Source: Lepidodermella squamata (Eukaryota > Animalia > Gastrotricha). Taken from it: a stretch of DNA of 64,000 nucleotides. A program made the position numbers and the translations under genes. Where the stretch lies: positions 2,976,001 through 3,040,000 of the forward strand of contig JBLDXI010000001.1 in NCBI GenBank assembly GCA_047495785.1, read 5' to 3'. The notes below the pieces were generated by a model. It saw nothing but the letters and a program-made list of their open reading frames with translations. It was not told where the DNA came from and did no database searches. Within the stretch, counting starts at the first letter, position 1; each line of letters begins with the position of its first letter. Positions 50,387-63,726 of the stretch are shown piece after piece.

Positions 50387-52818
50387 ATGGAATCGAAAAA
50401 GCTAGAATTTTTGCAGATTACTTGGTTAATTTTGATGCCAAGTTTCATGGTGTCAAGTGCAGTACCAAGAGTATTCAAATCATCTAGCCGAGGAGATTCG
50501 CGGCGGCAAGAGATAAAAATCCCAGTGATCTCGAATTACGGTAAGTTATGAGTATGATTAACTCGAAATGAACTAGAAAAGGAGTAGCTTTTGCTTTAGA
50601 TGCATTTTCTATCTAACTGTCTCCTTTTTTAGGTGGATTTGTGGGCATCGGCCCTTTTGCAACTGAGGGTGTTCAAATCGCTGTTGATGCAATAAAAAAC
50701 TCGACGAATCTATTGAAAGACTACGATCTAACAATCGAGATGTACGATGACATGTGTGATTCAGCTTTAGGGATAGATCTTGCACTCACAATTTTAAATG
50801 ACGAGGAGAGGAATTATTTCCCTATTATCATTGGCCCCAGCTGTCCTTCTTGGTTGTACACCGGCCAGGTTCTGCCGTATTACAACTTCGTAGGCGCTGG
50901 GACGTGGGTCGGCAGCGTGGGAACGTCTTTCTTCGGCTTATTGAATGCATTCCCAATGGTCTATGAAGCTTTACCGCATTTCATCGCTAGCAACAAATGG
51001 AAGCGTGTTTTTCTTATCACGGAACTACTGACCAGCTGGTTGGTGTTGGAGTCTTTCTTGCAAGAGAGCTTGAAAAACTTGAATATCACTTTGTCTGCCG
51101 TAGTCAAGGTCGAATATGTTGGAACATCCCTTCCTAGCTTTGAGTCCTTTGATGAATCTGTAAGAGAGCTCGCATCTTATGACCCACGAGTAATCATCGT
51201 GAATTCAAATTTTCCGGGAGCATTGGCATGTGAGTTTTACAGGCAAGGCAAGTACGGACCGCATTACGTCCTCCTGTTTGTTGGCTTTGCATATTTCACG
51301 CCAGAAGTGCAGTTCAAACAGCCGTGGTGCAAGCAGGAGATGATTTTTGAAGTTCTGCACTCAGTCTTCTTCTTTTCTTACGGTAAGAAGCTTGACATCG
51401 AGCCTGACGAGGAAGATATCGTGGGATTGACGGGCCGCCGATTTGATGAATTATTGCGAGCAAGATCGTCCTTTACGAGATACCAGCACTTATGGTTCTT
51501 CTTCCGCGATTTCTCTTACACTCAAGTTCTTGCGACAGCTGTGGTTCTGAACCAAACAGATCTAGAACTTAGGAGTAAAGGAGGTAATCTTTCGAATTGG
51601 GCGATATCTGGGGGACTATTCAAAGCCGACGGAAGCGTCATCGCTGCGGTTCTTGCTGAGAAATACCGCAATCTGCGAATGAAGAGCTTCACCTTAGAAG
51701 ACAGAGAGCCAATATCTAGCCTCAGAGGTGTCACAGCCTTTTATCAAGTACGAGTGGTTGACAACAAAATCCAAGCTATTCCAGTAGCGAAAGTCGACTC
51801 ATCTTTCAGCCCACCGCGATTAACTGGCGGTCCAGGTCTCATCAAATGGCGAACTCCAGACGGATTAGCACCGTCGGATAACGTGATAATAGCTTTGAGC
51901 CGAGGACCAACCCTGACCAATGCATCAAACTTTACGCTAGTCATACTTGCAGCGGTTTTACTGATGGCAAATGGCGTGGTGTTCGCCCTTTACTTGAGGA
52001 ATAGAAACTCTGAGCTGATAAAGAAAAATCTACCGGCTATGAATTTCGGCATTTTAATGGGAAATTTTCTGCTATTAAGCTCAATTTTCATTCTACCACG
52101 TGAGATAGTTGGAAACCCCAGTGTTAGATGTATGGCTGCATCTTTCACTGTTCTTATCGGATATTCCTTAATCTCGTGCTGCCTCCTAGCTAAGCTGCAT
52201 GTTACATGCAAGGTCTGCCTAAAACCGGAGACTAGAAAAAGCAACAAAACGACGACGTTGATCGATACTAAGATTCTGGAGAGATCGAAATCTACTTCTT
52301 TAGTGACTGCTCTTTTATCATGTTGTTTCCAAGTCGTCATCATGGCCGTTTGGTTTGGCATCGAGCCTATAGAGACTTACTCTTATCTGGTGAAGGAGGA
52401 ACTAATTCACGCAAGTCTTGTCAATCAACAAGTCAAAATTTCCTGCCGCCTACCCACTAAAACGAACGCTTCCCTTGGATTCATCGCATACTTTGGTTCT
52501 TATTTTGCCCTTCTTTACTTGAGAACAATTTTTTATGTCTTCTCCCTGAGAAAAGTGAAGGTCAACAGCGTTGTGGATACGACTTCAACTCGTACAGTAT
52601 CCTACACATTGGGAATAGCTGTTGTTGCTGGTTTCGCTGTTCTTTTGATCGTATCAAGTGGAGATCCAGGCGACGTCATTTTAGCTCTAATCATAGTTTT
52701 GGAAATCATTTCATTGCTGTTGCTTGCGATATTATACGCCCCACAGGTAAGAGTTGATGTCAAATTAACAATGAACCCTAATTAAAAATTGCAGATTCGC
52801 CGAGGCTGGCTTCTGTAG
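50387..52818 (+). CDS. Class C GPCR, GABA-B-receptor-like (paralog C, closest to A)
   Basis: Exons 50387-50540, 50633-52746, 52795-52818. Long near-identical stretches with paralog A; ends IRRGWLL*. Confidence 0.85.
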
Positions 52819-53408
52819 GAAACACTGAACATAATCTTAATGTCTGGTTTTCGACAACAATCCAGCCGCTAGCTCTTGATCATGCTCATCAGCTAAATCT
52901 CTGACGATAGCCGGAGAAATAATGAGAGTAGAGTGCGATTATTGCTGTCCCCAGCAGAAGGTTGCGCGGCACAGACATCGGGGTAAATTAGGGTTCTAGC
53001 TACACAGTCTAGCGATAACAGACGTAGCTGCAAAGCTTATGTCAGTTAATAAGAAACTAAAAGGATGGAAATTTAAAAAGATGAATTCATCTCCTGTATT
53101 ATTCCTCAAATATCAACTATAAAAATACCTGTTGGAGGTTTCAGCATCGAGCTACCTGAAACTTTCATTTAATCGGAAGTTTTGTATCGTCACTAAAGCT
53201 ATTTTTACACAATAAAAAGCCAAAATCCAAATAAGCGCGATAATTTGATTTTCGAATGCTGTCGATTGCTCCAATGTCCGAAAAATTGCTTCAGTGTGAC
53301 CATGGACCTGACTCAGATTGATTTATTTCAAATAATCGTGCTGTTGCTAATGGTTTAACTATGTTCTTGTTCTTTTCAAGTTGAGTGTTGTCCAGGTGCA
53401 AGTTTTCT

Positions 53409-55508
53409 TCAAGGTTTCAAGTACCGTCGCAAAAATCTCTCTTGAAACACGTCTTCAATGTCTGGCCGCTGCTCAGGCTCGTACACCAGCAAGTGATCAA
53501 TGAAACGACTCAGCTCTTTGCTTCTTGATTCTGGCAGGCGGGGTGGACGACTTTTCCTAAATTTCGGAAATTTCATGCACTCGATATGCTAATTGAAAAC
53601 TATTTCATTTACGCTGTTAATTCTCGAACAACACTAGGTATGCTTTCGCCAAACGGGTAATCTAGCATCGCCAAGTAATGCACGAGAACCCCCAACGACC
53701 AGACATCAACTTTCTTGCCGTAGGATTCCGTCTTGGCTATTTCAGGTGCCAAATAGGGGAATGTTCCAATAAACGTGTTTGCTTGGTTCCCTTGGAATGT
53801 CCTGAAGATTCGACAAAGCTGAATTGCTTAAATGTTATCTATTGATCATACCCATTCAATTTCGAAGCTGCGCCCAAATCACCAAGCTTGACATCATAAT
53901 TCTCCATTACAAACACATTCTAAGGGGGAAAATTCCAGTAGAAATCTAGATGCTTCTGAAATAAGGTTACCTCAGCCTTAACGTCGCGGTGAATGATGTC
54001 GAGCTTGTGCAGGTGCTCCAGAGCCAAGCTGAGCTGAAAAGCCCACTTTCGAATCTACAAGCAAACTTTACAACGGCTGCCTTTTCAGATTAAAGCGAAC
54101 CTCGTCCTCTGAAAATTGTTCGGTGTTTGATTTCTTTTGATTGATTGCCTTTCGAAGGTTTCCCCTGCTGCAGAACTCAGTTTCTATGTAAAGCTTGCCA
54201 TTCTCTATTTCAAGCACAATTTGGATTTAACGACCGTTAACTGTGATTAATCAGGGTCTAACCAATGAAAGAGCCGAGGTATTTCACTATGTGTTGGTGA
54301 GGGTGTTTTCGTAAAAACTCGGCCTGTTTGAATTTTCATGACAGACATTATGAAATCATTTTAGAATAGACTATAGGCTTACCTCTTTCAAAGTTTTATC
54401 ATCATGCTTCCCGTCTAGCTGGACAGATTTTATGACCAGCTCCCTGTTATCGCGCTTTCGAATAGCTAAGGTTGCCTCGCCGTAGGATCCTGATCCTATC
54501 TTCTGTTTATCAATGTAATCGCTTTCACGCTTGCTTCCGGCTGATGCTGTTTTGCCCCCTGAACTCGCTCTCGACTTGGACCTGTCAAAACACTTGATGT
54601 AAATGCTTGCTCAATTAACTTGGGATCACCAACTGGGATGTGTCTGCAGATTGTTGAGATGATCCACTCTGTGCCCTTCTTAGAGATGATTTTTCTTTGG
54701 CATCCAATATGACGACCGAACTTCTAGGCATATTGCCAGCCTTTCCATCAATATTCTTGACGCGGCAAAGATTAGAATCTTTCAAGTCGTACAGCAGCTC
54801 AAGTATCTCGCCGGCCTCAACCGAAAATCCGTCGTCTAAAGCCGCTGCTTTGCTGCTGATGCAAATCCTTTTACCTTGCTGCTCCAAATTAGCTTTGAAC
54901 AATTGCTGTAGTTCGGGCAGCAAGCGGTTCTTTGCAGTTGAGATGGAGCTGGTTTTCTTGTCACGGGACAATGTCGAGCTTTCGCCAAGCTTTTCAAGAA
55001 GATTAGACGGGACGTAGCCGCTGCTTCCATCAGCAGTTTTCACCTTCCATTTACTGCTCCGGGAATCGTCAATCAGCTCCAATATCTCGCCAGTGTATAC
55101 GGTAACTTCGCGAGAGGTTTCCGCCACGAAGTGATCTTTGACCTTGAGAGCACTGGGACGAACATTTGATAATCCTGGTTGTACCTCTAAATGAAAACTT
55201 ACGTTCCACCTGTTTTTTCAATCATCGACATGAAGGTCGACTGATTCGTCACATGAAGCCGCTCTCTGTTACGAAAAGGTGATGCTCAAGTTTGTCCTTC
55301 TGTTAACAATGACTTACGGTAGTTCTTCGCTAGCATCAGATTCATCATCGTCAGTAGTGTCGGTTTCAGTTACTTCGTCGGTCTCATCTGATTCGGTAGA
55401 TTCGATTTCAATGCTACCCAGATTTTTGGCCAATACAGCCGCCTTCCGCCGCTCCTCTTCTAGTTTCTTCTGAATATCATTCAATTTCCCTACGCTGTTG
55501 GTCGACAT
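53409..55508 (-). CDS. Coiled-coil/acidic N-terminus + two EPS8-type SH3 + NEK-like kinase (paralog of 17178-21711)
   Basis: 5' exons 55508-55318, 55265-55203, 55152-54634, then 54581 onward. SH3 KVKDHFVAETSREVTVYTGEILELIDD..WKVKTADGSSGYVPSNLLE. Kinase split over short exons missed by the ORF track: IGSGSYGEA, LVIK, HPHQHIVKY, IETEFC, HRDVKAE|NVF, KLGDLG, FIGTFPYLAPE, DVWSLG, PEQRP; stop TGA at 53411-53409. Confidence 0.82.
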
Positions 55509-56538
55509 TTTTCTATAATCGTTTCAATATTGCTTGTGTAGAGATTGCAGCCTCCATTTTTTTTGGTCGGATTTGTGAGATAAAAGTTTCTTGGAAAATG
55601 CGACGTAAATTATGCCTCATTGATAACAACTGGTCGCAGCGTTATCTCGCGGCTGTTAGCCTCTCGTTAGCAGACTGAGTTCGGCTGTACTCAGTGGTAA
55701 GGGAAGAAGGTGGAAGTGAAGGAGGTGCTTTGTGTGAACAAGACCTAATAATTATGAGTCATCGCTGCATTTTTTGCATGATTCAATTTGTGCAAAAAGA
55801 TCACACCAAGTGAATGAGCCCATTTCGCGGGGTGGGCGACAGAACGACTTGCCCAGAATAGAAAAAAGTGGCGTAATGCATTTGATAGGCGCAAAAAACT
55901 GGCCTTCTAGTGAACCGGTACACGACTGACTTGGCAGGGATGCAAAAATTTATAGTTTACGCCATTGTTATTCTACAGGGTGTTGCATACATGTTTCCAA
56001 GGGGTCTACAGAAGTAGTTTCTTTGGCGGATCGAGATGAATGACCTTTTCTTTTGAGATTCAACTTCCCTTGAACGTGCTTGGGCTTGAATGAATTATGA
56101 ATCAATTATCTATCAAATAAGCTATGGCTCACGGTCGATGCATGCACAATTACTTCTGTGAACCCCTTGCAAACAAGTATGCAAGTCGTACTGTCGCCCA
56201 CTCCGCGATATCCTGTAACAGTGGCAATCGACTTTTGTTCAACATCCAATATTTTAATCAAATCATTTTCCGAACAGCACCGCAACGTTTTCAGGCCTCA
56301 GCCTTCAGCTTTCAGCCTAGCAAGTGTCACGTAAACACTGAGCAACGCAATTTAATTCAAATACCGAGAGTGCACCCAATATTTTGCGAGGGAACCCTAA
56401 TGTAGGCACACTCGAATAACACACACGCGTACGCAACGTGTTTGCGTCACCCTAACATGTAAGTATAAGTATAACCCGCAAAAATACGCACACCACGCAA
56501 GCGAAAAAAAAAACACATACAACAAATAATGCACACCA

Positions 56539-59500
56539 ATGTCTTTCCTAACTAGACTCAGCTATCTAGTTACAAATTGCTTTATTTTCACGATATTGAT
56601 ATGCTCAATCTTGTCTAACGCGTCTGAGTTGGGTGACAAATGCGAATCGACCTCGGAGTGTGACTATCCCTTTGCGAGGTGTAGACCCCTTGCAGCCGGC
56701 ATCTGCCTCCAGTTCGGCCTATATTGCCAGTGCATTGACGGTTATCAAATATCGCAAGGTGTCTGTAAGAAGCAAGTCATTCTCGGTGAGCAGTGCGGCA
56801 GTAATAACGCGACTTGTTCCGGAGAATCAGTGATATGCCGCTGGTCGGACGACTACAACGGTTACTACTGCGAATGTGACGATGACACCGAGCCGGAAGA
56901 AGACCCGCGAGATAACCAGCCCATCAACTGCGTTCGGAAGTTTTACGTCAAGAAATCCTACAACTCAACCTGCTCTAATAACAACTGCCCTCGAAATCAG
57001 AAATGCATCGATGGAAAATGCTTATGCCCAGCCGGTTACCGCTACTCATCAGGCCGAGATTTTTGCGTTGAGATACAACATGGGGATCTGTGTTCGAGTG
57101 ATATTGATTGCCTTGGACTAGGGATCGGAAGTGGTATGTGTGACCCGAATAGTGGGACATGCCAGTGTGCGCCCGATTATCACCCAATCGCCGTCACATA
57201 CCGCCGCACAGTTCGAACAGTTTGCCACCAAAAGTACATAGTGAATGGTAAGATATTCTTGGCTAGCAAATACTTGACCCATTTTTCCGCGATTTTAGAT
57301 CAGCCTATCAAAGATATAGGTCAACCGTGTAAAGAGGACCCTTTTCAGGGTCCGGATTTGACCTACTGCGCCTCGCCCTCGCTTTGTACATCATGTGTGC
57401 CTGACGGGTCAAGCTCTTACTGTTTGACCTCCGATATAGCAGGTGGAAATTGGACAACGCCACAGCCGCGTCCGATTACGCGAAAATTCACTTCGAGTAC
57501 TACGAAAAAAGCTGTCGTTACTACCGGGCGCCCTAGGCCTCAACTTCGCCCACTTGGGTCACCCTGTACGACTACTTTCGATTGCTTAATTGTTAGCACG
57601 GAGTGTAAGCCGAACAAAACGTGCCATTGTGTTGATGGCTATGTCCAAAAGGGAGATTATCAATGTAGAAGGCCGGAGAAGAACATCGAGCTAGGCCGGA
57701 TCTGCGATTCGAGATTCGACACATGTGCTGTTAAGAATGCTAGCTGTGTTGGTGGCATTTGCAAATGCCCGAACGGACTCAAACCTGGCCCTGAAAGTGA
57801 GCCAAAATCCTATTTATCTAAAAGCATTCATGATGTAGCCGGATAAAAGGCCTCCTAGAGGGCAATTGTGAATTTTTTGAAATTTTAATTCTGAAATTTA
57901 ATGTCAAAGGATTTAATTAGCAATTTTCTAATGTTTAATAATTTTAAGGTGGAATTTTTAGTTTCAATGTTTTTAGAAGATAAATTGCCAAACGGATTTC
58001 TAAAATGTTCTTCCCAACTTTTTCCAACAATTATTTTGCAATTTAGACAAGGATTGCATTGAGGTGACGAGGACGCAAAAGCTCGGCGATCCGTGCCACG
58101 ATATCAATCAGTGCTACTACAACCTGGTTTGTTCGGAAGAGAAAAAATGCGACTGTTTCTCCGGCTTCAAACCGAATGGCGACTATCGATGCGTGAAAAG
58201 TAAGTGGGAAGGTGACCTTTAAAGTGGGGACCCGAATTGTTCCCAAGTGGAACCGCGCTTAAATTTTTCCTCTAATTCATTTTTTCGATTTTTCAACTTT
58301 TAGAGGTGCTTGGCGATCAATGCCCGAGTGGGGAGGATCTGGAGTGCCGTTTTATCAAGAATGGCGTCTGCGACCGGCGGTTTTGCCGTTGCGGCTTCGG
58401 GTATCGCCGGCGCAATGCGACGCTCTGCGAACTTTTCACACGCTCCGAGGACATGTACGCACTTGCGAATGCTAGAGGTAAGCATTTATTGTATATTATT
58501 TATTTTAAATGTGCGCACAAAGGTGCTAATATTTTATTGCCGTCCTGGATTCGCGTGCGCTAGTTACTTTTACCGTGTGTTTGAAATTTTATTGCTTTTA
58601 CAGCTCGGTGCGAAGAAGACAGCGATTGCTGGTACCCACCGGCACCATCGAATAGCTACTGCGAAAAATCCATCGAGGTATGTTCTTGAAGCATAATGTA
58701 TAGAATTGAACGCTTTGGAAAAATTGAAATCAAAATTCAGTTCTATGCAATTAAAAATTTGGTTTTAATAAAATTGCTTGCGAAGATTTTCGGTAAATCA
58801 AATCTATTTTTTAATTCGGAAAATTACAGTAAATTGCAAGTAATTTGCAAATTTTGTGAAAATTGATAATTATCGCTAATCATTATTTTAGGAATTTTTA
58901 AAGATTTGATGGTCTACCATGAAAATAAGCAATCACCATGGAATTCTGCGTGGTTTTAGTGCGACTTGAAAAATTGTGGAAAATACTGAAAGATATGATT
59001 ATGAAGAGGAATAGCCTTGGCAGGTAAAACTGAATCTGAAATATCAGTGAAATTGATTGCAAGGTACTTAAAATTACCCACAGGAACAAGAAACCCTTTG
59101 GGATTATACTCCCTCAAGAATTTTTATACGAAACAAAGTTTAGAAATTGCTTAGAAATTGATCTCATTTCCAACTTGGAACGAGCTTCCCGAACCCTGAC
59201 TGAAAATGAGATCATTAGACTCCCTAAACCTTTTTGTGAGGGACAGGCTCTTTGAAATTCGAATTTTCAAAAAAATTAATTACCTTAGAAATGACCTTTT
59301 CATCGCACTCTAATTATCGGTCTCTTGCTACAACGTTTGTCTAATGATTTTTTTCATATCAGTATTGCGTGTGCGATCGCAATACGACCTATTTCAGTCC
59401 CGATCGCAACGCCTGCGTCTACATTCAGCGGCCGATACGCTTGAAAGCGTGTTCGCGCAATAAAGACTGCGACGACGACCGATTCCCGGTATGCCAGTAC

Positions 59501-59686
59501 TTCCGATGCGTCGCATTGCCGCCGCGCAAGGTGGCCGGGTCATCCGAGGGCAACACCAACGCGACGTCAATTCGAAGCAGCAGCCCTAGCACGATGCACC
59601 CATCATCATCATCACCCGCTTACAATTACGGCTTCATTTTATTCGCATGGACTATTTTTATTGTTTCAGTATTAAAACTTCGCTAA
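56539..59686 (+). CDS. EB-module-like Cys-rich protein, paralog 5
   Basis: Exons 56539-57247, 57299-57796, 58047-58199, 58304-58477, 58604-58677, 59363-59686. Signal peptide, shared core (KPGP..KDCI..RK..QCYYN..GDYRC..LGD.C..CRFIKNGVC), Ser-rich spacer and hydrophobic C-terminus. Confidence 0.82.
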
Positions 59687-60657
59687 AAATGAAAAAGCAG
59701 TTATTATCGTTATTAAAAAAAATAATAAAGTGATAATGAAGATAAGGAGAAGAAGAGAGTTTTCGGTTCTTTTGTTCAACCGGCGGAAAAACGACGACGT
59801 TTTGAATAGCTTACGTTAAAACAGTTACTTATTGTTTAATTTTTTCGCGCGTTCATTCACCGAGCGCGCCACCTTTTTTGATGCGAAACGCGGAACAATA
59901 AAATTTCATCAGCGTCCTCTCTATATTTTTCAATGATGAAAATTTCTCGTTTCTAACCCGGTGCCAAGTTGGTACTAAGAGATGGTCCTTGATGAAATGA
60001 ACACTATGAACAGGTTTCAACTTAACCGTCAGATATTTATCACATTAAATAAATTTTTGTTTTCAGACGCAGCCATTAAAGAACTATCCACAATTTTTTA
60101 CACATATAATTTTTTTACCGGCGTGGATGAGGAAAAACGTGTGCGATATTTATCTGATATCATTACTGCCGCTTCTTCTGTTGGCAAAAAAAAAATTTTT
60201 TACAACGTACTTTTATTGTTAGCGCGCGAGCGAGAGAGTGGGGGTAATTCGCATCATCGAGGCGCCTGTTTGTCGTGTTATTAATATTATTATCACATTT
60301 TAACACTAAATAATATTTCATCTTGACAAAAATCAACCCGCTGGCCACCTGTAAGCCACTACAAAACTGACAGGTTGTGTGTGTATGTGTTTATTTTTTC
60401 CTCCATCTCTTCATGTGATAATTGTTGCTCTCGAGTCACCAAATAACTGTACTACTACTAGTGGGGGTTACGCAAAACTTTTTTCTACGATGCGCGCACT
60501 TTTTCGGTTGTTTATCGCCATTAACCATACTGACAACATGTTGTTGATTTTTACGCTCAATTAATTGCTCAATTGTGCGCCTGTAATAAAATCAATTATA
60601 TTAATTTTTACCAATAATTATCCTAATACATATAGATCAGGCGCTTTAATTCGAACG

Positions 60658-63600
60658 ATGGGCGCCAAGGCGTTTCGATTTGCTGGCGCGGCGATTTTAG
60701 TGTTAAATATTCAGTTATTATTACCTGTTAATGCGGCTGTTCAGCTGTTTGAAGCCTGCACGAGCAACGATGAGTGCTCGCGGACGACCGGCAATTCAAC
60801 GTGTTCGCCTCTGCCTGATGGTTGCGGTTCTAATACAAGGCTGTGCCAGTGCTTGCCCGGGTTCCGGCCTGATAGCGATGCGAAATGCCTCAAAGGTCTG
60901 TCTTAACAGCTAATCTGATTGGATATCAATTTTATTCCTTAGAAAAATTAATTTTATCGTTATAAAAGATAGTATAGGATAAGTTATTGTCGACGTGAAG
61001 ATCAGCTGCTTTAAACTTGAATCCGTCCTATAGGATGGAGTTTTTCCTTCTAACTGAAACGTAGAAGATTTTTACCTTTATTTTTCAATAAAATTCTTGA
61101 TAAAATCCTTGAACTTCCCATTTCAGGGACATTTCACTAATTTTTCCATAATGCGCCAGCTTTAGGGCTAACTTTTACTGAGAAAAAATGAAGCTGTGGG
61201 AAAAGTAGCTAAGGGCCCGAGGTAGCTTTTTCTTATTTTCCGAAACGATTCCTGATGTTTCCTAAATTTTAGGTAAACTTCCTATATGAAATCGCGAATT
61301 TAAAAAAAAATTGAATTTTTCTAGCTTCTCAGATTTTGATGGAGATATATTTCCAGCTTTCATCTTTAGGAGTCTTTTCTTTAATATAGGCCGAGATCCT
61401 TTCAGCAAGTAGCTTGATCGAATGAAATATTTTACATGTATTGCTTCAGCAGAATTACTGCTTGTAGTTCAAGAAATTAAGCGCATTTTTCAATCATAAT
61501 ATTCTTTAATTGTGATGTTTACCGGAATCTTAGATCGCCTACTTCTGAAGTCACCTTGGAAATGTACAACGAAAATAGCTGTGCGTAAAAATATATTTCC
61601 GAGAACCTTCCGTGTGTCATGTTAACAACTTCCAAATTTTGCCTTTAAACTTGAAATTTCGGAAATTTCGGGAAGAATAGAAAACGACGAAATTGTAACA
61701 TTCCTGACTGCAATTTGATAGCCAGAATTTTCCAATGAATTTCTAGCTTCAAAAAATGCCCTCTCAAGATTCCGGAAAATTCCGGAGATTTTGAATGTCA
61801 TTTTCTATTTTCTATCTCACTCTCAAGTTTGAAGTTTGAAATTCTAAGAGATGCTTAGACACCAAGTATTTTAGATCACAATCTAAGCAGCTTCTAGATT
61901 TGAAAATCTTCGTTATCCGTCTTCTCAAGGGTTCCTTTAATTTAAGAAAATATAGATAGTAATTATAGCTGAGAATTCCGGCTGGGAACAGGCTCCAAGT
62001 CGAAGACTTGGGGAATCTTGTAAAGTTCCCACAATTAGCTTTTAAAGTAATGTACATTCATTTTAACTGACCCCAGCCTGACCTTATTAGTATAAAAAAA
62101 TTAAATGTTGCTTCATGTTTCTTTAATAGAAGCCTCACTGGGCCAGAAATGCGGCCCTGGCATTATTTGCTCCGACCCATTGACTACCTGCGAAGCCGGG
62201 CGTTGCGAATGCATGAATGAATACAACCGGCACCCGATCGATCCGAAACGCTGCATCTCCGCCCTTGTCACGTCACTCTACAGCCAACCGTGCTCGAGCG
62301 ATTTCCAGTGCGAGCCAACCCAGGAGTGCCGCTCGGGCCAATGCTCGTGTCTAGGCGGTTACGTTTACTCAAAGACAGCTCAAACCTGCGTTGAAATCCG
62401 AATCGGCGACCAGTGCTCGTCGAACGAAGACTGCCTGGGTGTCTTCAACGCAGTTTGCGCGGGTGACTCAGCGGGCGCCCGGGTGTGCGCCTGCGAGACG
62501 GGTTACTTCGCCACCCCGGTCTCGCTCTACGGCAAGGAAACACGACTTTGCCTGCCGAGCACCGCCGAGCTCCGCGACATCGGCCAACCTTGCAACGACG
62601 ACTTCGCCTCGGAGCGGTTCTGCAAGCCGAACCTACTCTGCACCCAGTGCCCAGTGGGTGTCGTAGGGCGCAATAGTGTCTGCACGAAACCGGTCCCTGT
62701 AACAGCGCAAGCCCCCGACCAGAAACCTGTTCAATCCTTAGCTCAATCCGTCGAAACGGCGGTTAAACCGGCTATAAGCCGGGTCATGGGTGAGGCCAGG
62801 CCATCGGAAAGTGACTACTACGAGTCCAAAGCAAGGACACCTAATTACGATTACTACGGAGATGAAGTAACGACTGCAAGGCCTGGTTATATCGCATCGA
62901 TTTTATCCACCCTAGCCGCGCTTCGGGCGGTGACTACAACACGGCCGCCTGTTACCACGGCCAGGCCAACCACTGTTCGCAATTTCCCGGCATTTTCGAC
63001 AACATTGATCAATCGGCCAACCAGCGTCCGCTTGGTGGATCGGACTACAACGCCGTCGGAAGATTATGAGTACCCGGATGAGACGGATAAGCCGACGACT
63101 CGTCGTGATTTCCCTAACGCGATTCGGGTCGCGGTTGGCGCGACTTGCAACCCGCCGCTTATTGTGTGCAACGTTTCGAACTCCGAGTGTGTCGCGTCCC
63201 GGTGCCAGTGCCGTAATGGCTACCGTCAGTTGGGTGCGAATTTGTGCCAGAAAGCGGGCTTGCCGATTCCGCTCGGCTTGCCCTGCACTCAGCGCACCGA
63301 CGTTTGCGCGACGGTGGGTTCCTCGTGCACAAATGAAATCTGCCAATGTCCGCCTGGCTACAAAGGTGGTGTCAAAAGTAAGCCAAGATAATCCATTAAT
63401 TTTCGTTAATTTACTTGGCACTTTTAACAATTTCGTTAACTTGAAATTTCAAAATTAGTATTTGAATTTGAATAATTTTGAATTTTTCAACAATTTCAAA
63501 ATTTTAAGAAATTCGGACTATTGTCCCCATTTCTAGTGCTCAAATTAATATATATATTTTTTGTTTTCTTTTGTTTTAGATGATTGTATCGACAATGGAA

Positions 63601-63726
63601 AGAAGAGTTTCTTTGGGGATTCGTGCTCGCACACAAACGATTGTTACTACAACCTCACGTGCCAGACCTTCAAATGCCGATGCGAATATGGCATGAAACT
63701 TGTTGGCAATTACGACTGCGTGCCAA
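60658..63726 (+). CDS. EB-module-like Cys-rich protein, paralog 6 (3' end beyond the window)
   Basis: Exons 60658-60895, 62130-63377, 63580-63726. Signal peptide, EB-like modules, long Thr/Pro/Arg linker with DYY motifs, core DDCI..KKS..DCYYN..GNYDC. Confidence 0.82.

Noticed and set aside
8373-60377. Shared 11-mer CTGACAGGTTG upstream of EB paralogs 1 and 6
   Set aside because: A few such matches are expected by chance among six upstream regions, and I did not see it before the other paralogs.
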